Source: Azolla caroliniana (lineage: Eukaryota > Plantae > Polypodiophyta). From it: 64,000 nucleotides of DNA. A program made the translations under genes and the position numbers. A model generated the notes under the pieces. The model was not told the DNA's origin. It did not search any database and saw only the letters and a program-made list of their open reading frames with translations. The stretch spans positions 2,976,001 to 3,040,000 of the forward strand of contig JBHGNT010000014.1 in NCBI GenBank assembly GCA_043228905.1, in the 5' to 3' direction. Below are positions 48,888 through 60,500 of the stretch, piece after piece (within the stretch, counting starts at the first letter, position 1; every line of letters starts with the position of its first letter).

Positions 48888-49625
48888 TGTCGTGAAGAAA
48901 ACCGTCCATAGGCGGAATCGGCGCACCTAGGCGTGGGAACCGGTTCTTCACGCGCGCAAGCTCCAAGTTGTATGAAGAAGCGAGTTAGGAGGATAATCGG
49001 CAGGAACGGGCCCTAACATAGGTGGAGACAAAGACCGCGCGAACAGTCTTTTCGGTCGCGCGCGCGAGCTAAAGGACGGCCTGCTCGTCGGGCTATATAA
49101 GAGCAGGAAAGAGCTGTTGCAAATATATATCGCGCGGAGAGGACGAAGTGCTGTCGGACCGTTTCTGGACGCTTCTCTCTCTTTGTTTCCTTCCTTCTTG
49201 AGCTCCATAGCTTTCTGTGCAGGGTTCCGAGGAGGCTCGCGCTGTTTCGAGGAACGCCCGAGTGCTTCCGGCAGCACCTCCAACCTGCTACCCCCCCCCT
49301 TTGCCCTGTTTTGTGCCTCGAAGCGAGCAGGCATCGGCATCTGTTCGCCGGCCTGTTCGGTTGTAACCAACCTGTGCCCCATCGAGGGTTGTAGTAGTGT
49401 TAGCCATTTTCTTAATATACATATTAAGTCATTCGCATCTGTCTGTGTCGGTGTCTGTTCGCGTTCTCCGTGCTGAAGGGCCGTGTCCCTGTGTATCCCC
49501 GGTCCTACGTAGCCGGTTCTCTCTCTTTCTCCTCCCTCGCTTGCTCTTTGGTTCGAGACCCCCGCGGTCCCGCCTCGATTCCACACGCACTTGCGTAATA
49601 TCTCGACATCTTTGGTGAACCCGAC

Positions 49626-51779
49626 GTGAAAGAGGCGGCAGAAGAGCAGAAGATGAGGGGGTCGGATCTTGCAGAGGCCATGGCTTCGGCCGTGGATCGG
49701 ATTGTAAACGCGCGCGAGGGCACCGGTGCCCTCGACAGAGCTATTGAGGCGGTCGTCGGCACGATCGGCCGGTTCGATGGGAAGGATGCCACGAAGTATT
49801 TGGCGTCCTACGGTGCAGAGATGCTGATGCGGGACATTCCGGAAGCAAGGCGTCTTGCCGGATTTCCCCGAGTGGCAATGCCGAGCATCCATGCGGAGGT
49901 GCTCGAGGTGCGGGCGGAGAGCCGTACCTGGGAGGAGTTCGAAGGCCGGCTCCTAGAGAAATACGGGCTGGACGACGCGCTCCGGCTTTCGAAGCGAAGG
50001 TTCATGGAATGGGTGGAGTCCCCGGGGAAGGGAAGAAACGCGTCGGCACTCCTCCGGGAGTTCGAGGAAAACTTTGCGCGCCTTTCGGCGCTCGACCGAA
50101 CCATCCTGGACACGAGCCGGGTCTTGCTGTTTGTCAAGTCGGTCGACGAGCGGGATCGGGAGCACGTGGGCCTCTTGCTGGAAACCGAAGACGGGCTCAC
50201 TACCGACTGGGCGGCTGTCAAGAAAGTCTGTGGCCGTTTCGACAAACGGCGAGAATGGGCGGATAACGGGGCAGCCGGGTCGGGCTCGGTCGCATCAAGG
50301 AAGCTCGAACCAGCGCCACAGGTGCGAAAGGAAGAGACCCGAGAGTGGTTGGAAACCGGTTCGGCTTCGACCGGCGTAGTCAGAGGCTCGACCGGAGGAG
50401 CGGCGCTGGAGGAATTGACGAGGGCGATAAAGGACCTCCAAATCGCGCAAGCCCGAAGGGAAGGTGGCGAACCGGCTCGTGACCGATGGCCGGCGGCAGG
50501 AAACAAGTGCATGTGGTGCGATGAAGTCGGCCACATTCGGAAGGACTGCGGCGACTTCGCGGAGGCGCTGAGGAACAGGGTGGTGTACCTGTGGGAAGGA
50601 CGGGTGCATGCCAGCGACACCCGAAGGGCCCTGAGCCGAAACGACGGGCGAGGTGGTATGAAAAGGTTGATGGAAGAGGCGGCGGCCCGACACGCGGAAA
50701 CCGTCCACTACTCGGCGTCGGCCGGCATTCGAGTCGGGGGCGGCGAGGCCCGAAGGGAAAGCAAAACCGGATTCTGGCCGACGATGCTGGAAGGCCTTGC
50801 CGATGCGAGGCTTAAAAGGGAGGAATCGGACCGTGCGGAGAAACGGGTACGGGAGATGACCGGGTGGAGCGACCCTGTCGAGGAAAAGACGGGCTTCGTG
50901 GAAGCCGCTTGCCAGAACCACGAGGCCCTGGTAGAAGAGAAGCGGGTGGGGAAACCCGGGACGACCGGGCCCTCACAACGATACGAGACCCGGTCCGGGC
51001 CACGACGGGACGAAGCCGGCGGGGCCGGTACGCAAGATAAACCCCAGAAGGGCGGGTACCGTCTGGGGACGGAGATAGAAAGGACCACGGACTTACGAAA
51101 GGTCCTAGAGGAACGGATCCTCGACAGCAAGGTGGAGCTGTCGTTACGAGAGGTGCTGGGAATCGCCAAGAAGGAGTTCCACGACTCCATCGTGGACTTG
51201 GTGAAACGGAAGAGGCTGTCAACGGAGACAGAACCGGAAAGACCAGTGGAAGTGCGGACGACGCACCTAGACGACATGGCGCTGGGAGACGAGTGGGCGG
51301 AAAGCCACTATTCGAGACCACACTGGGCCCGAGCGACCACGGAAACCCCGGTGAAGATCGGCGATGTCCAGGAACCGGTGATAGCTTTGGTGGACCACGG
51401 ATCGGAGATCAACTTGATGTCCATGGACTTCTATAAGAAGGGCAAATGGCCGATCAACACCAAGCACGGGTGGAAAATAAGAGCAGCAACGCGCGCCACC
51501 GAGGAACTGCACGGGGCCTGTCCGAATGTGCGAGTCAAGATCGGCGACGTCGAGATTGACCAGCACTTCTTCGTGCAGGAGACGTCTTCGCATCCGGTCA
51601 TACTGGGAGAGCCGTACATCACGGCGGCGCGAATGGAGACCAAGGTGCTGGACAACGGTTCGGCCTACGCGAGGGTCAAAAGCCAAGACGGGCGCCATTC
51701 GGTCCAGTTTCTGACGGTACGGCCGAACCACGAACGTAACCGCGACTCCCTCGGTTCCGAAAACCGAGAGGATTTTTAG
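49626..51779 (+). CDS. gag: Gag-protease
   Basis: 717 aa; CMWCDEVGHIRKDC knuckle; ALVDHGSEIN and VILGEPY protease motifs. Confidence 0.92.
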   Translation: MKEAAEEQKMRGSDLAEAMASAVDRIVNAREGTGALDRAIEAVVGTIGRFDGKDATKYLASYGAEMLMRDIPEARRLAGFPRVAMPSIHAEVLEVRAESRTWEEFEGRLLEKYGLDDALRLSKRRFMEWVESPGKGRNASALLREFEENFARLSALDRTILDTSRVLLFVKSVDERDREHVGLLLETEDGLTTDWAAVKKVCGRFDKRREWADNGAAGSGSVASRKLEPAPQVRKEETREWLETGSASTGVVRGSTGGAALEELTRAIKDLQIAQARREGGEPARDRWPAAGNKCMWCDEVGHIRKDCGDFAEALRNRVVYLWEGRVHASDTRRALSRNDGRGGMKRLMEEAAARHAETVHYSASAGIRVGGGEARRESKTGFWPTMLEGLADARLKREESDRAEKRVREMTGWSDPVEEKTGFVEAACQNHEALVEEKRVGKPGTTGPSQRYETRSGPRRDEAGGAGTQDKPQKGGYRLGTEIERTTDLRKVLEERILDSKVELSLREVLGIAKKEFHDSIVDLVKRKRLSTETEPERPVEVRTTHLDDMALGDEWAESHYSRPHWARATTETPVKIGDVQEPVIALVDHGSEINLMSMDFYKKGKWPINTKHGWKIRAATRATEELHGACPNVRVKIGDVEIDQHFFVQETSSHPVILGEPYITAARMETKVLDNGSAYARVKSQDGRHSVQFLTVRPNHERNRDSLGSENREDF

Positions 51780-52093
51780 AGAGGACTGCCAAGGCGTGGG
51801 GCCGCGACAGTCCGGATGCTCCGGGAAAACCCCACATCTGTACGATAAAACCGTGTACAATAGGTAGGAAATTTTTCTTCTCCGACAGCGGAGCATGTAC
51901 GTTGGTCGGCATCGCCGGCCGAGAGAAAACAAAGACGGAGGGGAGACTTCGGGCGTGCGGAGTTCTCGGCCCTGACGAGGAAATCAACGGAGCCGTGGAG
52001 GCAGTCTCCTTCGACGACACCTTGGGGATGCTGGGGAGGGTAGTCGAAGAAGACCTTATCGAGGACCGGGTGATACCGGTATGTTAAGAAGAA

Positions 52094-55000
52094 ATGTACG
52101 AAGTCATCGCGGACTTCGGTCGAGGGCTCGAGTCGGAACGGACGGCCCGAGTTAGCACCAAGTACAAGACGGTGGACCGGAAGGTGAGGCCAGTTGCGGC
52201 GCCCTTACCGGAGGGCAGTGAATCCCGGATTAAAGGGGTTGCATCGGACCCCAGCTTACGAGATCGGGCCTGCATAGGACACACCTTCACCAACGAGACG
52301 CTCCGCGAGCTGAAGATCGGTGGGGGCGGGTTCCTACTGCCGGCGGAGGAAGACCGGTTCCGGAGAATGCTCGGAAGGCACGGGAAAGCCTTCGCATTCT
52401 CACCGGAGGAAATCGGGTGCGTAGACCCGACGATCGTAGAACTGATGGTGATATTCACAGTACCGCATGTACCGTGGAATCTCAAGCCAATTCCGGTTCC
52501 GAGAGCTCACATCCCGAAGTTGATGGGGCTGTTGAAGCAGAAAGTTGATATGGGCATTCTCGAGCCATCGAGCGCCCCGTATTCAAACCGATGGTTTACC
52601 GTACCAAAGAAAAACGGATCATTGCGCTTCATTCAGGACCTGCAGCCGGTCAACAGAGTGACCATTCGGAACGCAGGGATCGGACCGACCATAGACGAGT
52701 TCGCGGAGGCCTTCGCCGGAAGGTCGATTTACTCGGTCGGTGATCTATACTCAGGGTACGACCAGTTCCAGCTAGCCGTGGAGAGCAGAGACATTACGAC
52801 GATGCGAACTCCCCTCGGCCTAGTGCGGATGTGTACGCTGCCGCAAGGAGGGACCAACTCGGTGGCCCACATTGTGAATGCAATGAACAAGGTGCTGAGG
52901 GACTGCATCCCGGACATCACCATGCCGTTTCTAGACGACATCCCGATCAAGGGATGCCCGGTAGAAGAGAAGGACGAGACGGTCGGGCCGGACGGATGCC
53001 GGCGGTTCGTGATGGCGCACATCGACGACTGCGAGAAGGTGCTGCAAAGGCTAGAGGATGCGAGGCTCACCTTCTCGGGGGAGAAATCAGCCTTCGGGCA
53101 GTCGGAAATCATGGTGGTCGGACACTTATGTGGGCCGTATGGCCGGAAACCGTCTCCGGCAAAGGTAGAAGCCATCTCCGCGATGAAGCCCGACTGCAGC
53201 TCGGTCACGGAAGTACGAAGATTCCTGGGGGCATGCGCATTCTACCACATATGGATCCCGCATTACGCCCATGTTGCGGAGCCGCTATACGGATTATTGA
53301 GGAAAGGGCAAAGATTCGAATGGCTAGACAAGCACACGGAGTCGGTCCGGAAGCTGAAGGAGGCTCTTTCGGCAGCACCGGCGCTCCGAAAGGCCGTCTA
53401 CAGGAAGGGCACCCCAGTGTACATAACGGTTGACACGAGTCCGACCGGAATCGGGTGGGTCGTCAACCAAGAAGACGAGGACGGCAATCGGTTTCCGATC
53501 CGATTCGGCGCGAAGGTCCTCAGCGAACAACAGCGAGGATACGCCCAGGTTAAACACGAACTCTGGGGTATCGTTTCGGCGGTGAAGGCCGACAAGGACT
53601 ATCTGATCGGGACGGAGGTAATCATAGAGACGGATTGCATGCCGATTCTCGGCATGGTTTCCGGATGCGCGACGCCGGACCTGGCAATGCTCAGGTGGAT
53701 AGCGTACATCAAGTCCCTAGACCCGGTAATACGACACATTTCCGGGAAAGACAACGCCATGGCCGACATGCTTTCAAGGGCGAGATTCGATGACGAAGGC
53801 GGCATGATTTCGGAGGACGAAGAGGTCGGCGTGGACTTCTTCGAGACTGCGTATGTAACAACCGACGGGACAAGCACTCCGGCACTTAACGACTTCGACG
53901 CGAGCAAGTACGACGGGGAGTGGTTGCAGATCGGTGGGTTTTTGAAGACAATGACGCCCGATGCGTCATGGACGAAGGACGAGGCCAACCGGATCCGGAA
54001 GAAAGCGTACCGGTTCTTTCTCCGGGATGGCTATCTATGGAAGCACCCGAAGAAGAGGGACGGCGCTCCGCTCCGGGTAGTGGCGATGAAGGAAGAACAG
54101 GAGGAGCTGCTGATGGCTTACCACGACAGCCCTTGGGCTGGACACCGTGGAACATGGGCTACGTTTGAGAAACTGAAGGGGAAGTATTGGTGGTCGGGGC
54201 AGTACCAGGACGTGCATCGGTTCGTGACAACTTGCGAGAGCTGCCAGATGCACTCCATAGTCCGACATCGAGACGAGCTTCACCCTACGTACCCTCCAGC
54301 CATCCATTTCAAATGGATGGTAGATCTGGTAACGATGCCAATGGGAGTAGGACAGATGCGGTACCTGGTCCTAGCGCGGGAGGATCTGACGAACCAGGTG
54401 GAAGGCCGGGCCCTTCCGAACAAAACGACCGCGGCCGTATGCCGGTTCCTAATCGAGGACGTGATATGCCGGTACGGGTGCGTCGGGAAGATCGTGGCTG
54501 ACCGAGGGGAGTTGGACGCCGAAGAAGCCGCGGAGCTGTTCGACCGGCTGGGAGTCAAGCTCTCGCTCACCACTGCGTACAATCCGGAGGCGAATGGAAA
54601 GGTGGAGCGAGGACACGGACCGATCGTCAAGGCGTTGGTTCGGGCATGCGGAGGCCGAGTCGGTGACTGGCCGCGGCTGCTACCTTATGCTTTGTGGGCA
54701 GACCGGACCACGCACAGTTCGGTAACCGGGTACATGCCGACAGAGCTCATGTTCGGCCAGAAGCCGATCATGCCGATGGAACGGACGATCTCCTCGTGGG
54801 CAACGGTCGACTGGAGGGACGAGATGAGCCGGGAGGAGTTGTTGGCCGCGCGCATACGACAGCTCGAGCGGAGACCGGAGGACGTGGAACTGGCTACGGA
54901 GAAGCTCCGAGTGGCGAGGAAAAAGAACAAAGCCAGGTTCGACCGAACGCACCGGCTCCGACCGAAGAAAATCGAAGAAGGTGACTGGGTGCTCGTCTAC

Positions 55001-55258
55001 GATAGCAGCCTCGACAACCAGCACCGAGCTACACGGAAGTTCGCACGAAGGTGGTTCGGGCCTTACGTGGTACGGAGCGCCAATGACAACGGGACATACC
55101 ACCTGGCGGAACTCGACGGCACGAGAATGACGATACCGGTTGCAGGGAAGCGGATCAAAGCGTTCAAGAAGCGACACGACGACGAGCCAGACCCGGCTCT
55201 CCTGGTCGGCAGTGACGAACTATCCGAAAACGAGGAAGAACCGACGGGCGAGGAATGA
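52094..55258 (+). CDS. pol: Pol: RT, RNase H, integrase (no chromodomain)
   Basis: 1054 aa; DLYSGYDQ, LPQGGTNS, PFLDDIPIKG, VDTSPTGIG, HDSPWAGH..CESC, VADRG, NGKVERGH, WFGPY. Confidence 0.95.
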   Translation: MYEVIADFGRGLESERTARVSTKYKTVDRKVRPVAAPLPEGSESRIKGVASDPSLRDRACIGHTFTNETLRELKIGGGGFLLPAEEDRFRRMLGRHGKAFAFSPEEIGCVDPTIVELMVIFTVPHVPWNLKPIPVPRAHIPKLMGLLKQKVDMGILEPSSAPYSNRWFTVPKKNGSLRFIQDLQPVNRVTIRNAGIGPTIDEFAEAFAGRSIYSVGDLYSGYDQFQLAVESRDITTMRTPLGLVRMCTLPQGGTNSVAHIVNAMNKVLRDCIPDITMPFLDDIPIKGCPVEEKDETVGPDGCRRFVMAHIDDCEKVLQRLEDARLTFSGEKSAFGQSEIMVVGHLCGPYGRKPSPAKVEAISAMKPDCSSVTEVRRFLGACAFYHIWIPHYAHVAEPLYGLLRKGQRFEWLDKHTESVRKLKEALSAAPALRKAVYRKGTPVYITVDTSPTGIGWVVNQEDEDGNRFPIRFGAKVLSEQQRGYAQVKHELWGIVSAVKADKDYLIGTEVIIETDCMPILGMVSGCATPDLAMLRWIAYIKSLDPVIRHISGKDNAMADMLSRARFDDEGGMISEDEEVGVDFFETAYVTTDGTSTPALNDFDASKYDGEWLQIGGFLKTMTPDASWTKDEANRIRKKAYRFFLRDGYLWKHPKKRDGAPLRVVAMKEEQEELLMAYHDSPWAGHRGTWATFEKLKGKYWWSGQYQDVHRFVTTCESCQMHSIVRHRDELHPTYPPAIHFKWMVDLVTMPMGVGQMRYLVLAREDLTNQVEGRALPNKTTAAVCRFLIEDVICRYGCVGKIVADRGELDAEEAAELFDRLGVKLSLTTAYNPEANGKVERGHGPIVKALVRACGGRVGDWPRLLPYALWADRTTHSSVTGYMPTELMFGQKPIMPMERTISSWATVDWRDEMSREELLAARIRQLERRPEDVELATEKLRVARKKNKARFDRTHRLRPKKIEEGDWVLVYDSSLDNQHRATRKFARRWFGPYVVRSANDNGTYHLAELDGTRMTIPVAGKRIKAFKKRHDDEPDPALLVGSDELSENEEEPTGEE

Positions 55259-57511
55259 AGACGGGCCGGTTTTCTCAGTCCCAACTCTCTTGGCGCATAC
55301 CGGAGGATGCGCGGTTAGGTGGGGGCGGATGTCGTGAAGAAAACCGTCCATAGGCGGAATCGGCGCACCTAGGCGTGGGAACCGGTTCTTCACGCGCGCA
55401 AGCTCCAAGTTGTATGAAGAAGCGAGTTAGGAGGATAATCGGCAGGAACGGGCCCTAACATAGGTGGAGACAAAGACCGCGCGAACAGTCTTTTCGGTCG
55501 CGCGCGCGAGCTAAAGGACGGCCTGCTCGTCGGGCTATATAAGAGCAGGAAAGAGCTGTTGCAAATATATATCGCACGGAGAGGATGAAGTGCTGTCGGA
55601 CCGTTTCTGGACGCTTCTCTCTCTCTGTTTCCTTCCTTCTTGAGCTCCATAGCTTTCTGTGCAGGGTTCCGAGGAGGCTCGCGCTGTTTCGAGGAACGCC
55701 CGAGTGCTTCCGGCAGCACCTCCAACCTGCTACCCCCCCCCCTTTGCCCTGTTTTGTGCCTCGAAGCGAGCAGGCATCGGCATCTGTTCGCCGGCCTGTT
55801 CGGTTGTAACCAACCTGTGCCCCATCGAGGGTTGTAGTAGTGTTAGCCATTTTCTTAATATACATATTAAGTCATTCGCATCTGTCTGTGTCGGTGTCTG
55901 TTCGCGTTCTCCGTGCTGAAGGGCCGTGTCCCTGTGTATCCCCGGTCCTGCGTAGCCGGTTCTCTCTCTTTCTCCTCCCTCGCTTGCTCTTTGGTTCGAG
56001 ACCCCCGCGGTCCCGCCTCGATTCCACACGCACTTGCGTAATATCTCGACACCGTATCGAGTTCCTGTGTAAAGTATGTGTTTTATACAGAAACTTGATA
56101 CGTCGTATCGAGTTCCTGTTTAAAGTTTGTGTTTCATACATGAACTTGATATGCCGTATCGAGTTACTATTAAAATACAAACTTTAAACAGGAATATTGT
56201 GTCTTTGGGGGAACAATTTGGTATATATGTGAAAAGATACCAATTTTATGTCCAATTCAGACTTTTTAAGTGACATTTGCTACATTTTGTAACATTTAGC
56301 GCCCTTATTGAAAAAGGTTTTATGACCTATAATAGCTTAAAATAATAGAAAATAACCCACGAATTACCTTTATGATACCAAATTCAAGTCTATCATATTA
56401 AAATTCTCAAAAATATGGGATATGGAATCATATAAGCCATACCTACCCTCCAATATGATACATATGCTTGTATAATTATTAAGATATATAATATTCGAAG
56501 TTGAATAGCCCTTACTAGATTTAAATTCATAATAAAGTTCTAGCATGTTCACAGAAAGTATGATTGATATTTAGAGTTTAGCACAAATCGCTTGCTAGTT
56601 TTTGTCTTGGTCTACTTATGTATATTTTAATATGCAACATGCAACCTTAATCTAGGCAACCAACTAACTTATATTTTTGCACGTCCTTTCTTAAATAGGT
56701 CGTTTGAGAACTTGTCAGACCAACCTGTGAAGAAAATAAAGCTCCGAATTCAGGGCTCTCCAATTGAGACCCAGAAACAAATAGTTCCTCAGAACATAAA
56801 GAGAGGAAAAAAGCTTCTCTTCAACGAGGAGACAAAATCTCAACCATCCAATGATGTTAGCCAAAAGAAAATGTTAGCTGCTACTGGTGGTGAGGACCTT
56901 CTTGACCGTGATCTAACAGACAAGGAATGGTGTATGTAGTATGTCGACTCCAAGAAAAAAGTCGTGTTGTATACGGCAAAGAAGAAGAGCGACAGTCAGC
57001 TTGAAAATGACACCGCATTTATGTATGGCCGTATTCTACGATTTGACTACGAAGATTTAGATTCAACCAACTTTCTTGTAATGATAGAGTGCTCGAAGGG
57101 GGTACGTAAAGTGTACATTTCTGAAGATCGACTAGTAAAGGAATATTGTGGGCCAGAATCTTTTAAAAAAGATCTACAAAGCTCACAAAACCTTATTGTC
57201 ACCTTGAGGCCTTATATACAAGGCCATGTAACTCTAAGGGATCCCTTTCCCTCCCTAGTGAAGGCCCCGAAAAAGGCATCTAAAGTGCAATCAAGACCAG
57301 CAAAAAAGAAGACCACTAAAATGTCAAACTCCGACTCATCAAGCTCAACCGAAGATGAGGACACTAGGGGGACGCCAAGTGCTGAGCTGGCATCTGGTGT
57401 GTTGTCATCTAAGCAAAATAAGATACGGAGAGAGTTAATACAGCGTAAACCGGTGAGAAAACGGCAAGTGTTTAATTTGCCTATAACACACATCCATCGA
57501 CCCCCAATAGA

Positions 57512-60500
57512 TGTCAAAACCAAGGATAAAAGATAGAGTGATGGAAGAAGGATATTAGAGAACACGAGCAGAAAGGAACGAAATACTAAGAGAAGAATGA
57601 ATGTATAAGATAGAGAAAGAAAGAGAATGGATACAAGATATGTAATGAGAGCTAAAGACTGGTGTTGATTCGAATTGATTTGAGAATACATGTATGCCCT
57701 TATTTATAGGTTCCTATAGAATAACTTAGAGATTTCTAGAATGTTCTAGAATGTTCTAGACCTAGAATGCTCTAGGACATTCTAGAATAATCTAGAGGTT
57801 TTACAATAATCAATGTAATACAAGTAGCTTTTATTGTTTCATATAACAATAAGCTATCTTAATGGTTGAGGTTTTCAAGTATGGATTACAAGGTTCGAGG
57901 TTCAAGTCCAGGTGACGCCATATGTCATGTGTTCATGACACTATCCCTCCTTCGAGAACGCCGAGTGGAAGTCGGCGTTAACATTGTTGGGCCAGGCTTG
58001 TTTGGATAGTGACGATGGAAGTCGTTGACCAGAGCTTCAGCATTACAAACGTTATCAATGGGTTGCCAAGTGCGATCACTCAGAGGATAGCCAAGCCAAT
58101 CAACTAGATAATAAAGCTTATTGCGCACAATCTTAGAATCGAGAATAGCAGCTACCTCGTATTCGGGGCCGTCCACAAGTTGTACAGAAGGCGGTGGTGG
58201 CACAACACAATTAGGAATTAAAGAGGTGTGGCAAGGTTCCAAAAGAGAGCTATGAAAGACAGGGTGAAGCCGCATATGTGCAGGAAGGTTAAGACGAAAT
58301 GTTGCATCATTAATCTGCGCCATGATGACAAAAGGACATAAGCGTTGATAGTCAAGCTTAGCACACGGTCGGGTAGTCTTGATGTGACGACGAAGCAACC
58401 ATACACGGTCACCAACCTTAAACGGAGACTTAAGACGATGTCGATCGGCATTGGTCTTATGGTGTGCTCGCGCTTTCTGAAGATGTGACAATAACTCGAA
58501 CTGGATTTGTTGTAGTCGGTGGAGGTGATGCGCCGCACTAGGGTTTCGTGACACCTCAGGAAGATCCAGTATACACCATGGAGGGTGGTTTCCAGTGTAG
58601 GCAAAGAAAGGTGTAACTTTGGTAGAAGAGTGGACCGTGTTGTTGTATGCAAACTCGGCAAGATGTAAAATATTACTCCAATCATCTTGTTGATAACTAA
58701 TGAAACATCGAAGATATTGCTCGAGCATTTGATTTGTGCGCTTTGTTTGTCCGTCAGTTTGTGGATGATAAGCCGAAGAGAGTTTGCAAGAGATTTTGAG
58801 GCCACCAAAACGAACGTTTCACCAGCTCAATGGTCTTGGGAATACCAAAACTTCCAGCCATGGGGGCATCATGACAATGTTCCAACACTTGAAGTCGGGG
58901 TGATCCGTCGGGGACGTAAAGGAGATTCTTGTAGAAGAGTAAGCCATCTTGCCACTTGAAGTCCTGATAATGTTGAGATGACCCTGGCAATGTGGAGCAA
59001 GATGGACGACTTGAACCACAATGGGCTAAGACATCCTTAGCGAAATCATCTGAATGAAGTTGTTGCCGAATAGTGTCAAGAAGGGTAGAATCAAGTGGCG
59101 TGGCATAAATTGTTGTTACTTGTAGCTTTGATGGCCCGAGGAGAATTTGCTTTCGATTGTCAAAGGCCGGATCTCCAGGTCGAAGTACTAGATACGAACG
59201 CCAAGACAAAGTATCTGCTTTCCCTTGTTGTTTTCCGGGGCGAAAAATGATCTTGAAATCGAAACGCGTTAGAAATTGGGCCCACCGAGCTTGGCGTCTA
59301 TTTAATACTCGAGCAGTTTGAAAATATGTGAGATTTTTGTGATCACTATATATGATAATCTGATGAGGTGATCCTTCTAGAAAATGACTCCATTGCTTGA
59401 ATGAGTCTACCACAGCTAGTAACTCCTTGTCATGCACCTCATAGTTTATCTCCGAAACAGTAAATTTTCTCGAGTGAAACACGACTGGATGTGTCTGCCC
59501 GTCCTCACCTGGTTGCGATAGGATACTCCCCAATGCAATGTCCGATGCATCTGCCTCAATAGTAAATGGCTTTTCAGGATCAATATGTGCTAGGATGGGT
59601 GCTGATGTGAATGCCTCTTTCAGCTGCATAAAAGCCTTGTCCGCTTCGCATAAAAGCCTGATAGAAGTTCACAAATCCGAGGAAACACTGGACATCCCGA
59701 ATTGAGCATGGGGGTTTCCATTCCAATATTGTTTGGACTTTTGCCAGGTCCATGAAAACACCCTGGGATGAAATAGTGTATCCCAAAAATTCGACTTGTT
59801 TTTGTAATCAAAACTGCATTTCTCAAGTTTGGCATAAAGACCATACTTCCTTAGGCGTTCAAGTACTTGTCGCACATGTATATCATGCTCCCCCTGTGTT
59901 TTAGAGTAAATCAATAGATCATCTAGGTAGATGATTAGAAAAATATCCAAGAAATCCCGGAAGATGTCATTTGCCATATGTTGGAATACTACAGGTACAT
60001 TTGTGAGTCCGAAAGGCATGACTGTATACTCGAAATGACCATACCGAGTACGAAATGTTGTTTTCCACTCATCTCCCGGTTGAATTCGAACAAGATTATA
60101 TGCACCCCTTAGATCAACTTTGGTAAAATGCTTTGCCCCACCAATGCGTTCTAAGAGATTGGAGATTAAAGGTAAAGCATACTTATTCCTTATGGTGACT
60201 TTATTTAAGCCTCGATAGTCCACGACCAAACGAAGGGAGCCGTCCTTTTTCTTCACAAAAAAGATAGGAGCACCAGCTGGAGACTTTGAATGTCGAATAA
60301 ACCCATGTGCAAGATTTTCCTCGATGTATTCTCGAAGAACCTCAAGATCTGTGGGTGATAAATTGTAAATCGGACCCCACAGTGGCTCTTTTCCTGGTTG
60401 GAGATCAATAGGACAGTCGTACGGCCGATGCTTTGGAAGAACACTAGCTTTGACTTTGTCGAAAACATCAGCATAGTCTTGATATTTTTTGGGAATTTGG

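Larger units (their letters stand above)
48888..56051 (+). mobile_element. Full-length young GC-rich Ty3/gypsy retrotransposon, tRNA-Trp primed, non-chromovirus
   Basis: LTRs 48888-49608 and 55330-56051 (about 5 differences noticed), 4-bp TSD CCGT, PBS TGGTGAACCCGACGTGA 49613-49629, PPT 55318-55329. Confidence 0.97.

Noticed and set aside
49550-49560. B-box GGTTCGAGACC in the GC-rich LTR
   Set aside because: No convincing A-box at the right spacing and it lies on the U5 side; not counted
49808-55284. Many overlapping antisense ORFs (also across 16495-20598)
   Set aside because: Shadows of GC-rich gag/pol coding sequence with no motifs
59360-59380. Other CTGATGA occurrences (also ~6383 and ~47521) as hammerheads
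   Set aside because: They lack the stem II plus GAAA arrangement
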